Positions 12,001 to 22,735 of a DNA stretch of 64,000 nucleotides are shown here, piece by piece; the first letter of the stretch is position 1; each line of letters opens with the position of its first letter. A program made the position numbers and the translations under genes. The notes below the pieces were generated by a model that searched no databases, was not told the origin of the DNA, and saw only the letters and a list, made by a program, of their open reading frames with translations. Source of the stretch: Klebsormidium nitens (taxonomy: Eukaryota; Plantae; Klebsormidiophyceae); the NCBI GenBank assembly GCA_000708835.1, contig DF236950.1, positions 101,355-165,354 of the forward strand, given 5' to 3'.

Positions 12001-15000
12001 GATGACAACCAGTGTAACAAGGTGCCCCCATGCTCTGACAAGACCAAGGTTGATTGCTGCTTTTGACTGTCCCTGTTATTGGACTTGCGAGAAAGCGGGC
12101 CATCAATCTAAGTAGGTTGGAAAACAATCTAAGTAGGTTGGAAAATGATTTGTGTAGACTATGATGCAAAGACGTAGTGTTAGCCGGGACTGCAGTTCTT
12201 GCTATCAGAGGCCAAGAGCTGCTGAGTTGCAACATGTTGTTGCTTTCAAGGAGACTATCAGAGCAAGACCAGCTAGTAGAGGAGCCAGTGTGCATCGGAT
12301 GGTGACATCAACGCATCACTTTCGACTCTGCAGGAGGAGAAGAAGCTGAAGGAGGCGGAGACGGTGCAATTGCGGCGGGAGAATGGGGAGCTGCATGCGC
12401 AGGTGGCGGAGGCAATGCGGCTGCTGAATGCACAGGAGGAGTCCATTGCGGCTCTGCAGAAGCAGCTACAGACAGCAGCTGATCCAGTGTCGCCCCCGGT
12501 GATCGAGGCTGCAGAGGCGCAGGCAAGTGGAAGACTCGTGTTACTCTTTCGAGGCTTCTTTAGGTGACAGCCGTTGAGTACTCAACAATAGGCGACGGAG
12601 CTGTGATCAATCCCAGGGCATCTACTTGACCGTCTGTCCAAGGGCGGTAAACTCGAGCTCTGCAAGTAGACTCTGGTCTTCGAAGTGGGGCTTTTCTTGT
12701 CTAAATGGAGTATGCGAGTATTTGCTGCCAAGGTCGTCTAGATGCGGGCATGGCCCCGCTCAGTTGAGCTTCTTTTGCTAAGTCCTCTCCTCTCCACAAC
12801 CTCAAGTCAAAGCTGATCAAATACCCTATGTTGCTTGTTACCCTTGTTGTGCCTCTTCACCTCGGAAGCGATAGAGGCATGCTGGCAGACTCGACTACAT
12901 AAGAAGGGTACGCGCAATCCCCCCCCTGTCCTTCTCTGTAATGGCTGGATCCCGACCGACCCCCGCGTTCCCATCGCAGGCGGCCCGGTCCATCCTGGAG
13001 GTCGCCAAAGAGTTCAACGTGAAGACGATCGACAAGCTCAAGGTGGAGCTGCAGAAGGCGCGCCTGGTGGAGAGCCTCGAAGCCGCGCTGCAGCAGAGCA
13101 TCAAGGAGCTAGCTCACCAACGCAGCGGGCAGCACCCGGGAGAGGCCCCGAGCAAGGCGCATGACACGGGGCTGCTGCGCTTGCGCGAGCTGGAGGCCGT
13201 GCTGGCCAATCTGGAGCGGGAAAATGCGGGGCTCAGGCACGAGGTGAGGCAGAGCACAAACCCGGGTTTGGTTTGAAACCATCACGGGTCTTTCTGCGTC
13301 TGCGTCGCTCGTGCGCAGTTTCTGTGGCTGGTTCGAGCGAAAGACTGGATAATGGACAGAGTGGCAAAACATCTTCGAAGTGCGGCATTAGAGAGATTGT
13401 TTTCAAGCTGCATCACTGCAGTACAGAGCTACCACCAGAGTGGGATGTTAGGTCTGCAAGTTGCTCTTTGGTGAAACCTGACACAAGGTTCTTACACAAG
13501 ACGCAGTCGAGCCGCGCAACTCTCAGTGCTGGACTTTCTTCGTCTGTTCTTTTTTCCTTGTACAAGGTCTTTGTAAAGCCAATTCTTCTGTGCGAAGGAT
13601 GGAGAATATTGATAATGATCGAACAAGTGGTTGCAAATGCCTCATGCCCTCTTCTTGTGCCTGACTGTCGTTGCTGGCGTTGTGCCCTCCAGCTGGCGGA
13701 CGCCGTGAAGGACAAGCGTAAGGGCAAGGACTGGGAGGAGGAGAAGCTGCAGAAGCAGCTGGACAACAAGACGCGCGAGGTGGAGGACTTGAGCAAGGAC
13801 CTGCAGGCCAGCTACGTGCAGCACTCCAAGGTGCAGCGCATGCTCGAGCTCCTGCGCGAAGCCAACATTGGCTCTGTCGAGAAGGTGAGAGTGCGGTACT
13901 GGTTCCAATGTGAGGTAGGCACACCCGTTCGCAGGATTGGTTGGGCTCGGCTGGGTCGATAGGGCTGCTCGCTTTGACACTTTTAGACTAGGTAGAGTTT
14001 GGTATTGCAGGCTTTCCTACACATTCAAGCATCATTGCAACCCGCTGTTTCGCTCCTGCTGGCTCCTGACACTAGGAGAGGCGCGAGTTTCGGTTGTTTT
14101 TGTGCTTTGATTCCCTTTCTCCTGGCCACCTCGAAGTACGCACTTGGACATGTCACGGATTTGACGGGCTGCCAATCGATCGTGTTTTATGGCTGCTGCT
14201 GGGCTCTGCAAGAGAAGCGCTGGCTTGCACATTTCAGCGGGCTTGTCGCCCTCTTGGTTCTTATGATTGGATTGTACGATCCCAACACTTGTGCATCAGC
14301 GACGAAGGTGGTTGTTCCTCGGTCGTTGACACACTTCCAGCTATGCCAGTTATCAGCAACTCATCACTTGCAGTGTCTCACTTGCCACCTCAGCTAAAGG
14401 CTTCTCCTTGTCAAGCACACCTTGAATCAAGGTAGCGACTTCTTGCACCTCCTCCAGGTGCGCATCATGATCAAGCGGCATCAACAGTTCGACTCCCTTG
14501 AGGGGAAAGTGCGCACCCTGGAGGCCGAGAACGCCTCCCTACAGCGCAAGCTCAAGCGCCTCCAGGGCGCCCCGCCCGACGTGGGCTCCCCCGCCGCGGA
14601 TCCCCAGAAACCGTGGGTACGGCCGGAGGGAGCCCCCGGCAAGCCGGCCGAGACCGACGACAACTCCCGGGAAGACGTCCCGATCGCCAACCGGAAGCTG
14701 GGCAAAACGAATAGCGTGGACGGGGACAGAGTGGATCGAAATAAAGGTCCCGAGGGGGAGAAAACGAGCGGGGAGGGGAAGGGGGCGGAAGGAGAGGGCG
14801 CGCTGGCATTAGGGGCTCCGGATTTAGAGGCGCTGGTGAGCCGAGTTGGGGGGGAGCTGGGGGGGCCTAGGGACGAGGAGCGGCTGCGGGACCTGCTCAA
14901 GGCGGCGGAGAGGGTCGGCGAGCTGGAACAGGCTATCGCGGAGCAGAAGCACCGCGCGGACAAGTGAGCAGGCATCGAGCGCTCTCGGACTGACCGGATC

Positions 15001-16883
15001 TTGATTCGCGGCTCTGGTCTGGTCCTAGATCTCAGAGATTGCGAAGCCCCCACAATGGACCGGAGTGGTGGGATTCCCGGTGCCGTGGTGATTCCTGCTT
15101 GTTTTCTTGTGCAAGGAACATTTATTCCAAAAGATCCGGTAAGATGATAGAGATCAGCTGTGAGCACCGCTGTTGCTTTTCTGAATCTCTATCACATCTA
15201 TTTATCAGCTAAGGGACAGTCTCTTGCAAGCGCTGTCGCTTTTATCAGGCACAGCGGAAGATCCTTGCCCTAGAGCCTCCTTCCTGACGCCCGCGTAACG
15301 CTTCCACAGGGCTGAAGCGCGGCTGAAGAAGTCGAATGCGGACGACAAGACGAGCGCGAGCGAGAGCCAGGCGCTGTCCGCCATGGTGCGCGTGCTGGGC
15401 CTGGAGCGGGGCGGGAACGAGTCGGGCGTCGTCGCGATCGAGAAGGCGCTCCAGGCGGCCGCCTCGGAGCGCGAGGCGATGAAGAAGGAGCTGGAGCAGA
15501 AGCGGGAGGAGGTGGACGTCATGGCGCGCCGGCTCCGCGACATCTCGCACAAGAACGCCAAGGTAAGAGTCCTGGAGAAACAGAACGGCGGCATGATGGT
15601 GGTGTCCAGATCCCTCCCGGAAGCCATTTTCTGTCCGTCTCCGGCTCCGACTTCGCATCCATTTGAAAAGTACGAGGACTAAGAGGTGGTTTCGCACAAA
15701 GCGCTCGCTGTTCCAGCTTTGCCGGAAAGTGACGTCCAAGATCCGGGGCTTTCCGCAGCCAGTCCTGATGTAGGGCGTGGTGATCACAGCGCAGTGCAGA
15801 TCTTGAATGCACATTGTTTCTCAAAGTGAACACGGAGAGTTTGTTTGCTGTCCGTCTTGTTTGGGTGAAAGTCCCACCCTTGTGTTGTAGGATGCAAGCA
15901 GTAGGAGGCGCCCTTTTTAAAGGATTCATCGCAACAAGCTTTTAACTCCGTCCTCCTCACGCCGCAACTCATTTCATGACCACTCAGTCGTCGTTTGCTG
16001 GTGCATTATGCGTTCGGTCTTTCTTAGTCGAGGGCGAATTATCATCTCAAAGACAGCTCGAGGTAGTTCTCAAGAATCCGGCGTTGCTGCCCCGTTTTCG
16101 CTTTCGTTTGAACGTTGTTACTTGCTCTTATCTGGGTGCCTCACGCTACTGTTGTTGCTCCCCGTGCAGATGGAGGAGCTTCACCAGGCCTCGGCTGAGG
16201 CGGCTGGCGAGGCGGCGGGCCTCCAGATGCAGCTCATCACGAGCCAGTCCATGCTGCAACAACTGCAGCGCCGCAACCGCAGCCTGCTCATGGACGCAGC
16301 GGCTGCGCAGGCCGTCCTCGAACTTCTCCGCGGCCCTTATGTGAGTCCCCTCATCGGGCGGATGTTGTCGGGAGTGTCCCTAATCTCGCAGCCAGTTCAG
16401 TGTCTTTGGCGGTCTCTCCTACTCTGCCTCTGCGACGCCTGCTCTGTGTGCAAGCTTGTGTCCGCGACAAAGAGCTGTAAGGCTTGGTTGCCAGTACATC
16501 ATAAGCTGATGTGGAATTTTGTAAGGTTGCGTACTCAAGACGGGTTTTGCTGACCCTCGAGAGTGTGTGTTTGGGAAGCCCAAAAGAAGCGGTTCATCTT
16601 GGCCTGTTCCCCTGCTTTGAGAACGGCTTGGAGTAAGCCAACGGGAAGCAGACTCTTCTTACACGTTCTTTGCTGACTTACGGACAGCAGGTTTTCTTTT
16701 GCGTGCGTGCAAAAGCTATTATGTCTTGAATATACTGAGACTCGTCGGAAATATCGTTTCATTCAAAGAGAGCAGTTAGCATGTGTTCCTGATGTTACCC
16801 TGTGAATGCAGATAAGAGACGTGGGCCAGCTGCAGCTTCTGCTCGAGCGAGCAATAGAGCTCAGCATTAGTGAACAGCGATGA
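9019..16883 (+). CDS. Large coiled-coil protein of unknown function (10 exons, possibly more upstream)
   Basis: Phase-consistent exons 9019-9783, 10155-10324, 11465-11870, 12334-12522, 12980-13243, 13693-13884, 14458-14963, 15310-15562, 16170-16340, 16812-16883. The product is E/K/L/Q/A-rich with heptad character (e.g. ELEKKLAEVTAENTALQ). An acceptor-like TGCAG at 8991-8995 suggests the true start may be upstream (about 7887). Confidence 0.7.
10236..10313 (+). repeat. 39-bp in-frame tandem duplication inside exon 2 of the coiled-coil gene
   Basis: cctgatgcaacccaggctttgccaccgaggaccccgatg is followed by cctgatgcagctcaggctttgccaccaatgaccccgaga, encoding PDATQALPPRTPM / PDAAQALPPMTPR. Confidence 0.9.
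12104..12145. repeat. Perfect 21-bp intronic tandem duplication
   Basis: caatctaagtaggttggaaaa x2. Confidence 0.9.
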
Positions 16884-17927
16884 GCCGCTTACTCTTGAAG
16901 AGGGCGTCATCCACGCAACTGGTAGTGACTAGCAGATGGACGTTTAGTGTGAAAATGGCGGGACACGCAAGGGAGTGTAATGTTTGGGACTTGATCGACT
17001 GCTTCGATCTGTTAAAGCGAGCTGCTTCCAATACCAACCATGCTTTGTACCAAAGGGCACATCTGTTTGTGAATAGTGGTGGCTGCATCTTTGATGGCTC
17101 TATATCTTGACATACAGTAATCCTTAAGGCAGTGCTGGGAATGGCAGGCTGATCTAGGCATGAGGAGTAAGTAACTGCGTATTTCTATCTACATTTTGTG
17201 GCATAGGCACCGGGTTTCTAAATTTAAAGACCAGGTCTTTCAACCTCAGGACAGGTAAACCTTCTGCAGTTGTACACTTGTGGTGCAATCGTGCATGGTG
17301 CAGAGCTTCTAGATTTACCGAGCTGGTATACATAAGGGTTCCAGACATTTGATGACTCGCCAGAGCTTACAACAATGCTGGTGTGAAAGGGATTACGTCG
17401 CTGCGTATATCTAGTACTTGTCGCACCCGGCTAGGCTTGTGACAGGAGTCAGTACATTTATAGGAAAGAGTGTGAGTGCAAGCTAAGTGAACAATTACCT
17501 GGTTTTATTTTCGAGGCATTGTGGCATCGCATGATTCAATCTTGGATCGTCATTTGAGCGTAATATATTCACGGAGTCAGTGTCACTGTTCTTTCAATTG
17601 AATGCTATTGATGCGCTGTGGTGCAGCAGAACATGATCTATCCCCAAAGGCCGGCCGCTGATTGTTAAGCTGCACTGAGCGGTATGCATCATCGATATTA
17701 AGTTGTGATGACCTAAGTTCCGGGCCGCGCCCGTCGCATCATGTACGTAGGCCCAACCGTCTTCCATATCCTCAGTAGTACGGTAGGCTTTATCTATATA
17801 GGCTCTTACCGTGTACACTAATCCATTAGACCGTGACGGTTGCATGAGCTAGAATATGTAAGTGCATTCAATTATATATATAGACAATAGCTTTCTAGCG
17901 AGTCTGTGATTCGTGTAAAGACTATAA

Positions 17928-18398
17928 GGGTACCGTCACTTTGAAGTGGCACCCCCTTAATTAGGTATTCTGTTGGGGGGGGCTTGGTTCGGATCAGCCA
18001 AGCAAAGGTGGGGAGCTCCCCACCTTTGCTCCCCCCCGGCTAGCAGGGGGGGAGGCTTGAGCCTGAGGCCTTTTGCTTGGGGCAAAGCTCCAACCAGGTT
18101 TCAAGTGAGAAGCATGCTTTTTCATGCAGATTCCCCCTCATTTTGAATTCAATGTTCAGACTGTCCAGCACACGAACAAGACAGAAATATGTCCTTTTCA
18201 GCACCAAAATGGGGCTGAATTCATGTATATGATTGTGTTTTTTAACCATAGTTTTGCCCGGTTAGCATGGTCCACCGGACTGGGACCTTGACCTTGCCAA
18301 TGACGACAAGGCCGGGAGGGGGGGGGGGCTTGAGACCCTTACGCCAAAGTGCCTCCAAAATACCTGTAACCGGGTGCCACTACAAAGTGACGGTACCC
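17928..18398. mobile_element. Tourist-like (PIF/Harbinger) MITE, 471 bp
   Basis: 27-bp TIR GGGTACCGTCACTTTG(A/T)AGTGGCACCC at 17928-17954 and 18372-18398 (1 mismatch), flanked by TAA at 17925-17927 and 18399-18401. No coding capacity. Confidence 0.88.
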
Positions 18399-19192
18399 TA
18401 ATTGCATGAGACTAAGTTACTCTATATATACAGATGACTGAGTCACATATGCATGCGCCGCCTAAAAATTGTATATCCATACAAGGCAGCGCACGTACCT
18501 ATATACAGACATGACTTCAAGTTGTCGAGCCTGTCGCGATATACAAGCTAGGGCCTCACACATTCAAAGCTTTAGTAGTATACCAAATACATGTGGCATG
18601 CAGATATGGCACACATGTCAGTGAAGTAGTATGATCATGTTGCTGACGATCCAACATGGTTTATGATCCGACTCCCGCCTAATTAAGTAACCATGTGCTA
18701 ACGTTTCAGCAGTTTCAAATCAGTGTGGTAGCCACTGGACTGGGTTCACATGTTGCAATCTGGTCCGTCGAAATTATCCACGGGCCACGGAATGAATGCA
18801 GATTAATTGCTTGAGCGATAACTGAGTACTGTGTAGCCGGCCCAGCTTACGAGCGGTGGGAGTTCTAAGCTCATGGTTTATATAGGATGTATAACAGAGA
18901 CGGACTTTGACTTGCTAATTGAATGGCTAGTGTATGGTTTTGCAAGATCCTAAAAGTTAACGGCCACATGTCCAAATAAGTGATGAATGGTTTTGCTAAT
19001 ATGCACAGTTGTATAATTAAGGCTCACTGTCCTACAGCTTTTCAGAGTTATGATACATTTGACATTCACTCAAGTCAATCAATGGGAGTAAGGCAAGAAT
19101 CATATGTACACCGCTAGTGATAGTCCTTATCAGAGTTGCTTCCACGTCCCTGACCTAAGATCTTGTTAAAGATACACATGAGCCGTGTGGTA

Positions 19193-21183
19193 TCATTGTC
19201 GCCTAATCCATCTCATCAATCGGGCGCCCATGTTGGCAGCCGTCTCTGCCAGCTCCGCCAGAGGGTCAGGTGCATTGGCAGTGAAAGAGCGAAGTCCGCC
19301 AGCCTCAGACGAGCGGACCGACTGCTGAGTCCTTCTAGGTCTGATGATCAAGCAATCTAGGTCTAGGCCTACAAAACAAAGGGAAATATCGGTTCGCTTG
19401 TAGCATTCAAGCTCCGCAAGAGTACTACGGGGATCCTCTACAGCGCTTTCGAATCTCACATGAGGCGTCTTGGATAATTCTGTATTTCGAAGGTGTTGAG
19501 CAATGGTCTTCTTCGAGCTAGATGGTTGTTCTCAACAGTTAGTTAAAACAAACCGCCATTGGAGTCCATCATTAATGAGACCCGCCGAAGACATGGCCTT
19601 CAGCACTCTGTTGACATAAGTTCTCGTTCAAGCTTGAAACCAATCCCGAGTTTCATCTACTAGCAAAGAGACCAACACTTGCGACTCAATTCGACCAGGA
19701 AAATTCCAACCGATCTGCCGAATCTCAATCAGAAGCACATAAAGTTCACTTACCTGACTTCCAATGCCCGCCTTCGATCTCCCGAATGATGCAGTCCAGC
19801 TCGACTTCCACCCCTCTGCTTTGACTCCTCCCACTGCCCCCCCTTGGGTCCTCGTCGGCCAATTCCCCCTCTTGCCTCACAGAGATCACCCCCACTTCCA
19901 GCTCAGTCCACTGGTGGGTGTCCGCGGGCCTCACTGGATAGTCCCCATAAGCAAACGACTGGGGTTTGGTTAGTATGACACCGTCTCCGGTGGTCACAGA
20001 AAATTGCACTGGATGGACCCAGGGGCCGGGCTGGCGAATCGCCAGACGCCAAAGGACGGTGTAGTCTCCAGGAGGCAAGGTCAGGCGCCGCTGAAGACGC
20101 ACCTGGAGAAGGAGATTGGGGCTTGAAACAGCAAGTGGGTTTTGCAGGGGCAATGCTTGTCATTCGACAACGTCTTCTTCCAATGAGACCACGAAGAATG
20201 CAATTGACTTCCTGAGGGTCACACAATGAAACGAACCACATTCAATGAATAGCCCTGAGCTTTCATGTGTAACATAACCGGGGCATCGAAGCATGAGAGA
20301 ACACAGTGGTCCGGTGTTTTGTAATTTCGATCCTCTCATACAGTTCCAGATCTACTGGACTTCTCACGGACTGGATGGAATGCAACATGTTGAAAAACCT
20401 CACCTCCAGCCAGCACACACTTTTCAGAAACATCGACGCGCCGAAAAGAGAGCCATGCTCAGGGGCTCGTTGCCAGTACCGTGTGTCTGAGCCCCAGGTG
20501 ATATGTGCCCCCAGGACTGAGAACATCCTTTCGACCCCCCCGGAGCCGACGTCAGCCCTGAAACTTTCAAGGCCGCCCTCTCCAACTAACAGCCCTCTCG
20601 CAAGCCTCTGAAACATCTTCTTTGGGGTCTCTGGAGGACCGAGATCCGCCGTCGCTTCCTGCCATTCCTCCCCTTGTGACGCAGAGCCGGCAATTGTGCC
20701 TGGGCCAACCACATCGTGCTGGCCTGCACTAACCGTCTCATTGGCCAGACGGCTGTTTGGTGCGATGCTAGCATCTGCATCGCGCCGTCCGGCTGCTGAG
20801 AGAGGGTTGGGCACAAGAAGGAGGGGCCTGCCCCGGAACCTGCCCCTTCCCCCGGGCACCCCTCCCGGCTGCACCCCGGCAATCAGATGCCCCATAATTT
20901 GATGCACGGCCGGCTGCTGGAGAGGCTGGGAAGAAGCATGCGCTACATTAGTATCGTAAGGGGACAGCCTGTCCCACAGCGCGCGCTCAATTGCCTCCTC
21001 AGAGCCAGCTGGAAGCAGGGCTTGCCAAACAGCATTCGAGGCGGCGGCAGCAGCGAAAGTGGAGTTCACAGAGCTGGCACGCAGGACGTCCTGCGCAGAC
21101 TGCATGCAGCTCAGGATTGCCGAGATGCATGCTTCTGGAAGATCACCCAGCCCGGTGGCTCCCTCCCTGTCAGCGGAAGCCAT
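19193..21183 (-). CDS. F-box protein with C-terminal phloem protein 2 (PP2) domain (3 exons)
   Basis: Exons 21183-20404, 20102-19754, 19368-19193. F-box LGDLPEACISAILS...VWQALLP; PP2 motifs ITWGSDTRYWQ, LKSVCWLEV, LPPGDYTVLWRL, W-ELEVG and HWKSGLDLDCLIIRP. Confidence 0.9.
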
Positions 21184-21319
21184 AGCGCCTCACTAGACTT
21201 TGATGTATCGCCAACGTCGACTTTCGAGTTCTTCCGTCACTGTGAGGGACACTTGCCTCCGAATGATTCACAATTCAGCATAAGCTTCCGTCCTCAAAGT
21301 GCAAGACCACTGCAGTTGT

Positions 21320-21351
21320 ACGTACTGTTGGACGTACTGTTGGACGTACTG
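21320..21351. repeat. 12-bp tandem repeat upstream of the F-box gene
   Basis: acgtactgttgg x2 plus a partial acgtactg. Confidence 0.8.
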
Positions 21352-22735
21352 CGGCCAGCCCCCATCTCACAAGGGGTTATGACAAAGCAGTGTCAGGACA
21401 ATCAATCGCTTCTTCTATCAGTTCTGATGCTTCAATGGGTTCCAAGCGCTTCAACCTTTAGCCTTGGGCTCTGCTCGAAGGTTTGCCGCCCCTTCCCCTC
21501 AATTGGCTCAAGTCTTGAACCGCTTTCTTGATCAAGGCAATCCTTTCAATCCTGAGCAGAAAGCTGAAAACCCTACAAAATCCTGCCCCTTTTGGGTTTA
21601 GTTTAGGGTTTCAGAATCCACGGTGATGTCGCAGGGTAGGTTTGGATTTAGGCGCCCTGCCTCCCATCGGTCTTCAGAATTTGCCCTGATCATGCATTTC
21701 AAAGCACGTCCCGGCCACTTCAATTGAATCTGATATATCGCCCGATACCGCCCGGTTAACTGTTGGTCTTTCGAAGCCCCTAACGAGAGCCCTTATTCTA
21801 TTGTCAAAACAGTTCAGTGATGAGTCGTGACCTGGCAGCTTCTGTTCGGGTTCAATTTTAGAACTTTCCACGTGGCGTCCAATGGCTGCGCCAAACTTCG
21901 AAAAGATTCGGAAGGCAGGGCTCAACTTTCTGACAACCGATCTGAGAAACAACCTTCCAATCATCGACCCTTATCCACAAAAGAAAATCAAGCGGACCAG
22001 TCAACTGGCACTTGGGTCCAGGGTTCGCATCCACAGCCAATCAACGGTTGAGATAATCATTTTGAGGATCTAACGGTATACACAGCTTTACCGCTGCGCT
22101 TTTGAAACAGTCCTTATTTCTGCAGATATTCGCGGTTGCGTTGCGCGTATAGATTCTGGTTCCATGATTCCTCCCGCGCGTTTGAGACGCCCCTTCCTTC
22201 GCCAGTCAGAGTTTTGCGCGTTGCTTGTTGCCGAAACTTGCACACTTTTCAGGGCCTTTGAATTAGGCCAGCTGCAACTCCCAACGACTTGGAGGGAAGA
22301 TCCTCGAAAAGAGGAAGACGAGCTTCCAAGCTCCCCATGCAGCAATCTTCCGAAGCTGGCCCTCGTGGCGCTTGCTTTCAAGCTGGGAAGACGTTGGAGA
22401 GACATCCTTGCGGGGCGCAGGCGTTGCCATTTCCAAGAGCAGCGCTCACGTTGGAGGATTGCCTATCGCAAGTCTCTGCAAGGGGAACTTTCGGGCAAGC
22501 AAGCTGCAGTGGATCGAAAACTTGTGTGGGGAGCGGGCATTCGCGCCACATCTTTGCGCCCTTGAGAACAGTCTTTGCAGGATTGCCCAGTGCCCGCCCC
22601 GATACGGGCAACCATTCACAGCAGTCTCACTGAGAGCGCACAACTGTAGCGCACTGCGGAGTCTATCGTATACTTTTCAGGCTATGTGTTGAGCTTTACC
22701 CTCTTTGAGGTCTTTTCTGCAAGATCTCTGCCAAG

